Shown here: positions 1-9,167 of the stretch, piece after piece
Numbering within the stretch: position 1 is the first letter of the stretch
Layout: each line of letters opens with the position of its first letter
Assembly: GCA_046090945.1 (NCBI GenBank)
Contig: JBJTAQ010000093.1
Location: 1 to 38,492 of the forward strand
Source: Pirellula sp.
GTDB taxonomy: Bacteria; Planctomycetota; Planctomycetia; Pirellulales; Pirellulaceae
Reading direction: 5' to 3'
Length of the DNA stretch: 38,492 nucleotides
The notes under the pieces: model-generated
Seen by the model: only the letters and a program-made list of their open reading frames with translations
Database searches by the model: none
What the model was told of the DNA's origin: nothing
Made by a program: the position numbers and the translations under genes

Positions 1-633
1 TTGCAGATGACGACCGGTAACGGTCCTGCTCATCAGAAACCATAGCAGCAGAGCAAAGCAGACGAACAGAATCGAAATCGACGTGACATCCTTGAGAGTA
101 TCCCGTAGGCCAGTATCTGGGAAATCGATTTGGGATTTGCCACCGGTCAAGGTTGGCGTAAGTCCTCGGCCGAAACTGCGCAAACCCACCAAGGTGGCTA
201 GAGTTGCAACAAAGGGAGGGAGCCCGACACTCGTGATGAGCCACGCATGCAACGTGCCTACCATGACACCCACGAGCAACGTCCCTAAGATGCTTAAGAT
301 CACGGCGTTGGTCGATACGTGTCCGGCTTTGAATCCCTCGGGATCAAGCACGATCATCAGAGAGCCGAAAACCGTGGCGCTCATGGCGATCACCGAACCG
401 CTCGAAAGGTCGATCCCACCCGAGATAATGATGATCGCGCTGCCGAGCGCGAAAAAACCGAGCAACACCGTTTGACGCAAGATCAATTGCGCAGAGTCTG
501 CCGATGAATTCCAATAAGTGTGGTTGGTATCGAGCGCCAACGTGGCCAGAACCACCAGCAACCACGAGAGAATCAGTTTGAACTCTACGCTCGACCAAAG
601 GCGGGCCAAAAGGCCCCATAACACACTGTTCAT
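1..633 (-). CDS. Monosaccharide ABC transporter permease (RbsC-like), 3' end off the window
   Basis: Not in the ORF track. Manual minus-strand translation from the ATG at 633 gives MNSVLWGLLARLWSSVEFKLILSW...IIIISGGIDLSSGSVIAM, containing the GGIDLS permease motif. The start overlaps the upstream stop as ATGA. Confidence 0.9.
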   Translation of the reverse strand, partial: MNSVLWGLLARLWSSVEFKLILSWLLVVLATLALDTNHTYWNSSADSAQLILRQTVLLGFFALGSAIIIISGGIDLSSGSVIAMSATVFGSLMIVLDPEGFKAGHVSTNAVILSILGTLLVGVMVGTLHAWLITSVGLPPFVATLATLVGLRSFGRGLTPTLTGGKSQIDFPDTGLRDTLKDVTSISILFVCFALLLWFLMSRTVTGRHLQ

Positions 634-1790
634 GAACTCGTCAGATCGTACTTCTTGAGCCACTCTTGGAATGCTGGAAGATCCAGGAATTCAACACTCT
701 TGCCAAACGACTCGAACATATCGGGCTTGAGCGATGATCCCTGAGGCACGACCACCTTGAGTCCGGTGTCGAGGATGTCCCCGCCGGGTTGACCCATGTT
801 GGGGAACATGCCTTCGAGAACCGCTTTATCCCCCTTAGCCTTGGCAAATGCATATCGGACCGACTCGTAACCCATCGCAAATGGGTTTTGAACAACCATC
901 GCGTCGATCATCCCTTCGGCCATCTGCTGGATCGCAATCGCCTCGGCATCAAAAGTCACAATCGTGAACTTATCGCGTGCTTTCTTTTCCTTAACGACAT
1001 CCACGATGGCAGGAGCATTGTACGACCAGATGCCTACCAAGAGGGATAAATCAGGATACTTGGCAATCACGTCCCGAACATTATCGCGCGCTCGGTTGCG
1101 GTCGGCATCATCGAGCTTGCGATCTTTTTGAGGAAAAGTATCCCCGACAGCCGAGGTGAAGCCGTCCATCCGCTCGATCGCGTTCTGCTGGCTGTCGACT
1201 CCCACGAACTGGACGTAGGGAGCCCCCTGGGGCTTGAGCATCTTGGCAGCAGTCCCGAGCACCTTGCCACCGGCGATGTTGTTGGTCCCGACGTAAAGCT
1301 CTCGATACTCTTGATACTTCTTGTCCAAATCGCTGTCGAAACAACCGATCGTAATCCCCTTGGCCTTGAGCTTTTTGAGCTCATCGGCAATCGCCGGATT
1401 GGTCGAAGAGATTGGAGAAATGATCACCGCTGCGATGTCTTTTTGGGTGCCGTACTGACGAAGCTTTTCAATCTGTCCTGTCTCAGTCCCATCGTTGGAG
1501 TCCATGCTGGCCGTGAATCCCGAGTCGACCAGTTTCAGGTCCTCTTGAGCCTTCTTAATCCCAGCCCGAGCCGCATCCCAAAACGGGGAATCGGTATTGT
1601 TCAGCAGGATGATGCGCTTTGAACCAGACTTGGTGGCAGCGCTGGCCGATGAATTGCTGCCAGCCTTGGGTTGCGCTGCGTTCTTGTTGTCACTACCAGT
1701 ACAACCGACCATGAGCAATGCTGCACATGCCAGCAGCGCCAAACTTCGGCGGTGCATTCGTGAATAAAGCCGTTGGGTAAGAGAGGTCAT
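630..1790 (-). CDS. Sugar ABC transporter substrate-binding lipoprotein (RbsB/Peripla_BP_4 type)
   Basis: Lipobox LMVG-C; motifs SPFWDAARAG, FDSD, YVGTNNIAGG, VVQNPFAMGYESV. Start placed at 1790 (AGGA upstream) rather than 1850. Confidence 0.9.
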   Translation of the reverse strand: MTSLTQRLYSRMHRRSLALLACAALLMVGCTGSDNKNAAQPKAGSNSSASAATKSGSKRIILLNNTDSPFWDAARAGIKKAQEDLKLVDSGFTASMDSNDGTETGQIEKLRQYGTQKDIAAVIISPISSTNPAIADELKKLKAKGITIGCFDSDLDKKYQEYRELYVGTNNIAGGKVLGTAAKMLKPQGAPYVQFVGVDSQQNAIERMDGFTSAVGDTFPQKDRKLDDADRNRARDNVRDVIAKYPDLSLLVGIWSYNAPAIVDVVKEKKARDKFTIVTFDAEAIAIQQMAEGMIDAMVVQNPFAMGYESVRYAFAKAKGDKAVLEGMFPNMGQPGGDILDTGLKVVVPQGSSLKPDMFESFGKSVEFLDLPAFQEWLKKYDLTSS

Positions 1791-1975
1791 TTTCGTTATT
1801 CCTGCCAGCAGAGAGAACTTACAAGCGCCAGGGCTCCATAGTGTACCCATAAAAAAGGTGCTCGAAAGCTTTTCTGCCCGGCAGAGTCGAAAAAAAGGCG
1901 TTCGGGGCGTTTCCCAAGCGTTTTCGCGGGCTCTAAACGTATCGAAACGACCAAGCCCGACTATTTGTAGCGGTC

Positions 1976-2863
1976 TTAGAGGTCTTTGTTTTTGCAGATG
2001 GCTAATACCCCCGGATGCTTGATCCTCCGCTCGATGGAAACGGCAAAGAACTGCTCCTGGATCCCAGGAACGCGTCCGAGCGAGACCAGACCGTAGAGCT
2101 TTTTAACTTCGTCCTCCACGATCGAAGGGATCGCGAAAAGACCTAGACCGCAACGACCAGCGATCTTGAGCATCGCACTATCAGCAAACTCTCCACGAAT
2201 CGCCGGTTCGATATCTATCTCGGTGAACCACCGATCCAAATGACGTCTGAGGACCGTCTCCCTGGTCGGAAGCAGAAACGGAGCTTCATCGAGCGAATCA
2301 GGGAAACCGCTACGGTACTTTCTGGCAAGCTCCGACACTCCGACGATGCTGACCTCGGAACTGCCCAGACGGTACGAATGAGCCTGCACGCGATACAGTG
2401 GATCAAGCGCCGTATCGGACAACACCACATCGAGCTTGTGAATGGCCAAGTCTGCTACAAGGTCCGCCATCTTTCCTTCGTGACAGATCAGCCGCATCGA
2501 TTGGTCCCCAACGATCGCAGGTTGCAGCAGCTGATAAGCGACTAACTTTGGCATCACATCTCGAATGCCTACCCGCAACTCGAGCGGCTTGCCTATCGGC
2601 TTGCCCTTGACCATATCGAGCAACTCACGACCAGTGCTGAATATCTCCTCGGCATACTCAAGCACCTCCTTGCCCATCTCAGTCAACACCAACCCACGCC
2701 CCTGCTTGTCAAAGAGCTTTACACCGAGCGACTTCTCAAGCTGCCTGACCTGAACGCTCACGCTCGCAGGCGTCACATGAAGCATCTGACTTGCTCGCTG
2801 AACACTCCCTTCCCGGGCCACCATCCAGAAATTCAGCAAATGATGGTAATTGAGCCAGTCCAT
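1976..2863 (-). CDS. nhaR: LysR-family transcriptional activator, NhaR-like
   Basis: N-terminus MDWLNYHHLLNFWMVAREGS, LRVGIRDVMPKLVAYQLL and C-terminal ERRIKHPGV match the NhaR subfamily. Confidence 0.85.
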   Translation of the reverse strand: MDWLNYHHLLNFWMVAREGSVQRASQMLHVTPASVSVQVRQLEKSLGVKLFDKQGRGLVLTEMGKEVLEYAEEIFSTGRELLDMVKGKPIGKPLELRVGIRDVMPKLVAYQLLQPAIVGDQSMRLICHEGKMADLVADLAIHKLDVVLSDTALDPLYRVQAHSYRLGSSEVSIVGVSELARKYRSGFPDSLDEAPFLLPTRETVLRRHLDRWFTEIDIEPAIRGEFADSAMLKIAGRCGLGLFAIPSIVEDEVKKLYGLVSLGRVPGIQEQFFAVSIERRIKHPGVLAICKNKDL

Positions 2864-2880
2864 TCGACCACCTGACCTTT

Positions 2881-2896
2881 TAGTTTTATTAAACTA
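2881..2896. promoter_or_regulatory. Candidate LysR/NhaR operator (AT-rich inverted repeat)
   Basis: TAGTTT-tatt-AAACTA, 17 bp upstream of the nhaR start in a divergent intergenic region. Confidence 0.5.
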
Positions 2897-3025
2897 TCCG
2901 AAGCAGTTTTTTTAGGTGTGCGAACGATCGCCCCAGCTTATACTACGACCTACGGTTAACGGAGGTTTAACGAAAAAAGACGCCATGGGTGAATATTCGC
3001 ACAATCGTAGCCGGCCGAACCGCTG

Positions 3026-3415
3026 ATGACCCCAAAGGAATCCTTCTTAACGGCCCATTCGTTTGCCGTCGCGGGCGCTTCGATCGATCGAGCCAAATAC
3101 GGAAATCAAATCCTGCGGGCGATCATGAAGTCCGGACGCAAGGTCTTTCCGCTCAACCCAACGGCATCGCAGGTCGAGGGACTCCAAGCCTATGCGTCCG
3201 TTGAAGATCTGCCAGAGACGCCCGAGTCCCTGTCGATCGTCACACCACCTGTGGTCACTCGGCAAATCGTCCAGCAGGCGATCCGAGCCGGTGTGAAGAA
3301 TATCTGGATGCAACCAGGGGCCGAGGATCCGCAAGCCTGCGAATTAGCAAGACAAGCGGGTATGGTGGTGATCGATGACGGTAGCTGCATCCTAGTCAGC
3401 CTGGCCCTCGAATGA
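3026..3415 (+). CDS. CoA-binding protein (YccU/CoA_binding_2)
   Basis: FAVAGAS, VFPLNP, YASVEDLP, IWMQPGAE motifs; 129 aa. Confidence 0.9.
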   Translation: MTPKESFLTAHSFAVAGASIDRAKYGNQILRAIMKSGRKVFPLNPTASQVEGLQAYASVEDLPETPESLSIVTPPVVTRQIVQQAIRAGVKNIWMQPGAEDPQACELARQAGMVVIDDGSCILVSLALE

Positions 3416-3440
3416 CTGTCAAAGATATATCGATGAAAAA

Positions 3441-3640
3441 AATAGTGAAAAAGCAAGACGACCAACGAAGTGTTGACCAGACAACCCCTCGTTAGAGGGT
3501 TCCCCCGGCTTAAGTTAGCCTACTAGCTACTGAGTTTTCACTCAGGTTACGCCAGGTGGGATTTGCACCCACATCCTAGGAATTCCGATGTAATCCAGTC
3601 AGTCAGTTCGTCGACTTGCGTAGACACCATGATCACTATC
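3441..3640 (-). ncRNA. Structured intergenic RNA, 6S RNA-like rod with central bubble
   Basis: Manual folding gives nested end-to-end pairings AUAGUGA/UCACUAU, GCAAG/CUUGC, CGAC/GUCG, UGACUGGA/UCUGGUCA, a bubble, then UUCC/GGAA, CUGGC/GCUAG and an apical CUGAGU-GAAA-ACUCAG. G-U pairs and a 3' U-tract favour the minus strand. Confidence 0.6.
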
Positions 3641-3676
3641 CAAGACAACATTCCGTGAATTTCGGTTCGCTGCTGG

Positions 3677-4795
3677 CTATTTTTTTGCGGGCACAGTCCT
3701 GAAAGCCAGCGATGCCCCGCTTTCGGGGTCTTCGACCAAGCCCGCCATCTGTCCGTTTTCATTGATCGCTTGGAGCATGCCGTACCAGGATCCGCTCGGA
3801 GCCAGTTTGACAACCTGAAAGTCCTTGGTCCAGTAGCAAGGCTCGGGGCCCCCTTGTCCGCCCGGAGGATCATCGGAAAAGCCGACAATCACCCCGGCAT
3901 TGCTGATCCCTTTGGCTTCACCAGAGACGTCGTTGTCAAGCAGTGGCAGGAGGCGAAAGTCCCCTTTGGGAGAGACGTAACACGGTTGTCTTTCACCGGT
4001 CTTGCCTCGCACCGAACCTGCCATCTGACCGAAATCATTGATCCCTCTGAGATAGAGTTGATCTCGCGATAGGAGTTGTCGCTCCCAAACTCCTGGTGAC
4101 TTTTCTGTCCAAAGATACAGCGCGCTGTCGACGCTACCATCGGGACCAAAGGCTTCGGTACAACAGCCAGCGATCCACTTGCCATTGGGCGAAATGATCA
4201 GCGAGCCAGACATCAAATAAGGGTTGTTGTCGTACTCGGTCGGCAGGACGGTGATCTTCCATTCCTGAGTTCCTGATTGGAGTTCCCAAAGTGCAGGTCG
4301 CAAACGGCCCGGACCGGTGGTGTATCCGGTGATCCTGTGCCCGTCAGGTGTTATCGCTTGAGGCTGATTCACGACATCACCGGGCGCTTTGGGCAATAGG
4401 GTGATTGCGTTGCTCTGCGGATCCCACAGCACACCCGCCAACGACCCATCCTTGTTTCCAGCAGGTCGAGTCGCATAAGCGATCACCATTTCTGAATCGC
4501 AGATACCGATAGGTTCAATGTTCGAAAAAGTACTCGGTGTCGGAATATCCTTTGTCCCATACTTACCGGAATAAAAAGGGACCGGGATCAATTGCCCACC
4601 AGCTTGGTCGGGGATCTCACGAGTCCCAAGAATGGAACCACCCTTGTTGATCGCAATCGCTTGGGACAGCGTCTGCGAATTGAGAAAAAGCTCGATCTCT
4701 CCATCACGGGTTTGCAATCGACGCGTCGAGACTTCCTGAGCTAACAAAAGTCCACTCGGAACCATAAGGCATGCCAGTGCGAGGAGACGGATCAT
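3677..4795 (-). CDS. Secreted HAF-type extracellular repeat (beta-propeller) protein
   Basis: Signal peptide; repeats AIAINKGGSILG, QAITPDGHRITG, RGINDFGQMAG, KGISNAGVIVG, QAINENGQMAG. Confidence 0.75.
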   Translation of the reverse strand: MIRLLALACLMVPSGLLLAQEVSTRRLQTRDGEIELFLNSQTLSQAIAINKGGSILGTREIPDQAGGQLIPVPFYSGKYGTKDIPTPSTFSNIEPIGICDSEMVIAYATRPAGNKDGSLAGVLWDPQSNAITLLPKAPGDVVNQPQAITPDGHRITGYTTGPGRLRPALWELQSGTQEWKITVLPTEYDNNPYLMSGSLIISPNGKWIAGCCTEAFGPDGSVDSALYLWTEKSPGVWERQLLSRDQLYLRGINDFGQMAGSVRGKTGERQPCYVSPKGDFRLLPLLDNDVSGEAKGISNAGVIVGFSDDPPGGQGGPEPCYWTKDFQVVKLAPSGSWYGMLQAINENGQMAGLVEDPESGASLAFRTVPAKK

Positions 4796-4924
4796 AGTTT
4801 CAAGGCTTCCTGCGAATGGTCACAACGGTCGTAGTCACGATCCCATATTGTACTCATCAGCCGACGAAGCGTGCAGTTCACAAATCGCTTCCTCCTGACA
4901 CACCCAGTCTACCAGCAGACGGAC

Positions 4925-5575
4925 TCAGCCAACCGTAACGGTGCAATCAGGATAGATTCTCATCGCCTCGGTGAAGCACTCCTGGGCCACTCTCTGGCAA
5001 TGCATAAACCAATAACACTGACCGAGAAATACGCAAGCTCGGTAGCTGTTGGGATCAAAGGACAAGAGCGTGCGGCAATCCTCGATCGCTCCTGGTAACT
5101 GAGAAGTACAAAGCCGAACGGCGGCTCGCAACAGCCAACTCTGCGGGTGCTCTGCATGCCGAGCCACCAGACGATCGACCAAGCGATTTGCAGATCGCCA
5201 ATGGGATTCGGCCATCGATGCCTCGATCTGCTCGGCGGATTGAACCTGCCAGTCGGTGCGAGTCCTGAGAAGCAACTGCTCTCGGGAACAATCGGCTTGA
5301 AATCGGAGCCTTGGGTCCTCGGATCGGAGCCACGGGCCTAAAAACTGATACTCCGATGCTCCCCCTACCCATCCCAGAGCCCAAACCGCAGCTTGTCGCG
5401 TTTCAGTAGATCTCGAGTAAACCAGCCGCCTGAGGGTGGACAAGGAGTAATCTCGGCGAACCTCACGACTCCTGCCTCCTTCAAAGACTGAAACCTGTCC
5501 ATCGGCGGCAAACGAGCCCCCCTGCTCGCATGCATCGCGATAGAATGAAACCAGTTTGGATAGTCGTGTTTTCAT
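4925..5575 (-). CDS. HEAT-repeat plus TPR protein
   Basis: HEAT-like TRQAAVWALGWVG and LRSEDPRLR; TPR-like AIEDCRTLLSFDPNSYRACVFLGQCY and AQECFTEAMRIYP. Confidence 0.75.
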   Translation of the reverse strand: MKTRLSKLVSFYRDACEQGGSFAADGQVSVFEGGRSREVRRDYSLSTLRRLVYSRSTETRQAAVWALGWVGGASEYQFLGPWLRSEDPRLRFQADCSREQLLLRTRTDWQVQSAEQIEASMAESHWRSANRLVDRLVARHAEHPQSWLLRAAVRLCTSQLPGAIEDCRTLLSFDPNSYRACVFLGQCYWFMHCQRVAQECFTEAMRIYPDCTVTVG

Positions 5576-5682
5576 GAATGTTGAATCGATCGCTCGTGCA
5601 AACTACACCTTTAGAGTAGTCACCCAAGCGACGATCGCAACGCGATTGCGCGAATCTACCAAAAGAAATAAAAGATCCCACA

Positions 5683-6870
5683 ATGCGCTTGACTTTGACC
5701 CTCACTCGAACTCCTTGGCTCTGCTTGCTGACCTGGCTTGCCGTTTGTGGAGTTGCCCAAGCTCAATCGATGCATCCGTATCGCACTGCGCAAGCGATCC
5801 AGCTATCGAGTCAACTGCTTGCTCGGTCTCCCTACTCGGGCACCAAACTGAAAACACCCCTTACGGATTGGATCCAAACGATGCTCGTTCGGGATCAAAT
5901 CCCCATTTGGCTCGATCGTCGTATCCCCAGCGATCATGAGCTCGATATCGAGATACCCAAGGATCAGACCAACAGAGAACTCTTGATGCTCGTCGCAGCC
6001 CACCTCGATGCTCAGATCGCACAAGTCGATCGTTATATCGCCTTGGTCCCCAAAGGGACCGCGGAATCGATCGAATGGGCTTACTGGTCTCTGTACAATC
6101 CACCGAGCCATCCCTCGTTGCGCGTCTCAAGGAAAGACTCCTTTGAGTGGACCGACGCCAGCGATACTCGCGAAATATGGAAAGCATTCGTCGAGCGATA
6201 TCGCCTCACGAATCTTGCCGATTCCAGCAGACTCGTTAGCGATTTCGATCGCTGGAGAGCCGGTCGCTTGGATACTACCAATCCTGCTGCCATCGCAACG
6301 CTGTTGCTGTGCGGCTTTGACCAACGTCTGAGTTGGCCTGAAGGACAGTCCCCAAGCATCGAGTCGCTCTCGGAGGATTACAAACAGCTTGCAAGCGCTC
6401 CGAACGGTCCATCCGTCCGATTCCAATACAGTACCGAGATTCCCAAGATCGGTAAAACAGCTTGGCAAGCCTGGAAGTCTCGCTGGCCCGATGCCAAAGT
6501 CGAACGAGCATCCTCGATCGATACTTCCAAAACAGAAGCCTGGGAGGTTCTTGCCCCGGTAGCATCCCATCGTGAATTGGTCGAACCTCTAGCCCCGATC
6601 GCCAAACCGAAACCGATCAACCCGGAATCGAAGAAAAAATTTACAGGCAGATACCGGGGTGAAATCCTAAAAATACTCGACAACCTGTCCCAACAACTTG
6701 GGCTGCAATTGACCTCCAAGGACCTGACAACCAACTTGGCCAGACAGGAAGTCGATGTCGAGTTTAAAGATGCGACACTCGAAGAAATCATCGCCAAGCT
6801 CGGTCAAGCTTCCGGACTGAAAATCACTCTCGAAGGTAAAACGTTGATCGTCGAAGCCCAGGAACGCTAA
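5683..6870 (+). CDS. Secreted protein with STN/secretin-N0-like domains
   Basis: Signal peptide ending AQA; C-terminal ILDNLSQQLGL...VDVEFKDATLEEIIAKLGQASGLKITLEGKTLIV is STN-like; the N-terminal IPIWLDRRIPSDHELDI segment is similar. Confidence 0.65.
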   Translation: MRLTLTLTRTPWLCLLTWLAVCGVAQAQSMHPYRTAQAIQLSSQLLARSPYSGTKLKTPLTDWIQTMLVRDQIPIWLDRRIPSDHELDIEIPKDQTNRELLMLVAAHLDAQIAQVDRYIALVPKGTAESIEWAYWSLYNPPSHPSLRVSRKDSFEWTDASDTREIWKAFVERYRLTNLADSSRLVSDFDRWRAGRLDTTNPAAIATLLLCGFDQRLSWPEGQSPSIESLSEDYKQLASAPNGPSVRFQYSTEIPKIGKTAWQAWKSRWPDAKVERASSIDTSKTEAWEVLAPVASHRELVEPLAPIAKPKPINPESKKKFTGRYRGEILKILDNLSQQLGLQLTSKDLTTNLARQEVDVEFKDATLEEIIAKLGQASGLKITLEGKTLIVEAQER

Positions 6871-6891
6871 GTGACCTGTCGAGCCTTGTGA

Positions 6892-7542
6892 TTACAAGAT
6901 ACCGAACTTCTCAAACGCTCCCACAGCGCTCATTCCCCCGCGAATTGCATCTCGGACCTTGTTCTCTCCGTGCACTTTCTCGAGCGCAAGCCGCAGCACA
7001 TCCTGCTCGACTCGCTTGGGAACAACCACCACTGCATCGGAATCGGCAAAGACCAAATCTCCGGGGGAAAAGACTACGCCATCGATTTCGACAGGGATAT
7101 CCAAGTCGATCACCCGTTGACGGTTCAAACTGTCATACAGGCAACGGCCTTTAGCGAAAACACTAAAACCGGTTGCCGCAATCTTGTCGACATCGCGGAT
7201 CGCTCCATCGACGATCGCTCCGAGGCATCCTCGATTGGTCGCTGCAGTCGTGAGCAACTCTCCCCAAATCCCTGAACGCATCGAACCACCCGCGGCAGCG
7301 ATCAGCACATCGCCTGGCTCACAAGCGTCCACGGCTCGCAGTTCGAGTTCATAAGGTTTCGGATCGGCATGAAACATGTCGGCCCATAGGGTCGTTTTGC
7401 ATCGACCCACCAGGAGCCCACTGCCGGTCTGTCGAGCCAAACTCACTCGAGGTGACTGGTGGTGCAATCCGACTTGATCCAGCGCATCGCATACCACCGC
7501 GCAGTAGAGTTCCTGACGCATTTGCTCGATCGATATCAACAT
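6892..7542 (-). CDS. RraA-family protein (HMG/CHA aldolase-like)
   Basis: AVVCDALD, PGDVLI, IWGELL, GAIVDGAIRD, PGDLVFADSDAVVVVP. Start placed at the ATG at 7542. Confidence 0.9.
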   Translation of the reverse strand: MLISIEQMRQELYCAVVCDALDQVGLHHQSPRVSLARQTGSGLLVGRCKTTLWADMFHADPKPYELELRAVDACEPGDVLIAAAGGSMRSGIWGELLTTAATNRGCLGAIVDGAIRDVDKIAATGFSVFAKGRCLYDSLNRQRVIDLDIPVEIDGVVFSPGDLVFADSDAVVVVPKRVEQDVLRLALEKVHGENKVRDAIRGGMSAVGAFEKFGIL

Positions 7543-7672
7543 CCTAGAACCCTTCGGATTTGTGGTCACTTTCGACAGCAGCTCCGCAACTGCCAGTTTG
7601 AATTGCAATACAATACCCTAGTTCGGATCGATTTCCCACCGTCTATTTCATTTCTACTTGAATCGACATCCC

Positions 7673-9145
7673 ATGCATCGCATCGGTATTCTGGCACTCC
7701 TGCACGAGTCAAACACCTTCATCGAGTCCCCGACGACTTCGGAGCGCTTCGCACAAGACATCGTGCTCTTTGGAGACGATCTGATCGATCGATTTGCTGG
7801 CAGTCATCATGAAATCGGTGGGTTCATCCAAGGCCTTCGCGGCTCGGAGATTGTGCCGATCGGTGCCTACAGGGCCACTCCCGCTGGAGCAATCCCCGAG
7901 GATACTTTTGAGAGGATCGTCGAGGATCTGCTCGATCGAACCGAAAGGATACTCCCGCTCGATGGTCTATTGATCGCGGTCCATGGGGCCGCGGTTGCCG
8001 AGCATGCTCGGGATGCAGACGGCAATTTTTTATCCCGAGTCCGCGAACTCGTCGGCCAAGACTTGCCGATCGTGGCAACACTCGATCCCCATGCCAACCT
8101 ATCGGCTCAGATGGTTGCAGCCTGCGATGCGATGACCGCTTATCGAACCAATCCGCATTTGGATCAGCATGCCAGGGGACTCGAGGCAGCCGAGATACTT
8201 TTGAAAATACTCGATCATCAAATCATCCCGGCACTATGCGCAGAGTTTCTTCCACTGGTGATCAATATCGAACGCCAAAGCACCGACGAACCGCATCTGA
8301 AACGAATCTACCAGATCGCCGATCGGCAGCTTGAGAACCCTAAAGTCATCAGCAATTCGATCCTGCTGGGGTTTCCCTATGCCGATGTGCAAGAGATGGG
8401 ATCGGCGGTCCTTGTCGTCACCGACAACGATCCAGTCTTGGCTCGCTCGATGGCTAAAGAGCTTTACGATGCGATCTGGGACTCGCGGGATTCCATGCAA
8501 GGAGTATTGATCTCCGTCGATCGCGCACTGGATCGAGTGGAGACTGAAACCGACAAGCGATTCTGCTTGCTCGATATGGGGGACAATGTTGGAGGAGGTT
8601 CGGCTGCCGATGGGACATGCATCGCCAAATCGCTGAGCCAGCGCCGGATCGGTCCAAGCTTTGTTTGCATCTACGATCCTCAGAGCGTCCGGGAATGCCA
8701 AGAGCATAACGTCGGCGACGAGTTGCGTCTGTGTATCGGCGGAAAGACCGACCATCAGCATGGAACCCCGTGGGAATGCGCGGTGGCGATCAAGAGTTTC
8801 CACGAGGGGAAATTCACCGAAGATCGGCCTCGTCATGGCGGCATCACGGCCTTTGACCAAGGTCCTTCGGTGGTGGTCGAACTCCGAGAAGCACCCATCA
8901 CCGTTCTGCTGACATCGCGCCGGATGGTTCCCTTCAGTTTGAATCAACTCTCGTCGTGCGACCTGGATCCTCGATCCTTCCGCGTTCTCGTCGCCAAGGG
9001 AGTCCATGCTCCACTGGCCGCATACCGTGAGGTTTGCGATGCATTTCTGCGAGTCAACACGCCTGGTTCGACCTGCGCAGATCTTTTCGAGTTAAACTAC
9101 CGGAATCGCCGTAAGCCCCTTTTTCCGTTCGAAAAAGATTTTTAA
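7673..9145 (+). CDS. M81-family metallopeptidase (MlrC-like)
   Basis: HESNTF, VHGA, TLDPHANLS, YRTNPHLD, GFPYAD, DMGDNVGGGS motifs. Confidence 0.9.
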   Translation: MHRIGILALLHESNTFIESPTTSERFAQDIVLFGDDLIDRFAGSHHEIGGFIQGLRGSEIVPIGAYRATPAGAIPEDTFERIVEDLLDRTERILPLDGLLIAVHGAAVAEHARDADGNFLSRVRELVGQDLPIVATLDPHANLSAQMVAACDAMTAYRTNPHLDQHARGLEAAEILLKILDHQIIPALCAEFLPLVINIERQSTDEPHLKRIYQIADRQLENPKVISNSILLGFPYADVQEMGSAVLVVTDNDPVLARSMAKELYDAIWDSRDSMQGVLISVDRALDRVETETDKRFCLLDMGDNVGGGSAADGTCIAKSLSQRRIGPSFVCIYDPQSVRECQEHNVGDELRLCIGGKTDHQHGTPWECAVAIKSFHEGKFTEDRPRHGGITAFDQGPSVVVELREAPITVLLTSRRMVPFSLNQLSSCDLDPRSFRVLVAKGVHAPLAAYREVCDAFLRVNTPGSTCADLFELNYRNRRKPLFPFEKDF

Positions 9146-9167
9146 AGACCTCGATCAAACTAGGATC

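Noticed and set aside
3483-3575. Group II intron or IS-associated RNA (GGGTGCAAATCCC hairpin)
   Set aside because: No reverse transcriptase, transposase or domain V nearby, and the flanking genes are intact.
3548-3621. Functional tRNA gene on the minus strand
   Set aside because: The T-arm looks right, but there is no proper D-arm or GG, no U33, an acceptor mismatch and no CCA; the rod fold explains more of the sequence.
3547-3888. 113-aa minus-strand ORF
   Set aside because: Overlaps the HAF gene out of frame and the structured RNA; no recognisable motifs.
7673-9145. Microcystin degradation cluster
   Set aside because: Only an M81 homolog is present; no mlrA, mlrB or mlrD-like genes are adjacent.
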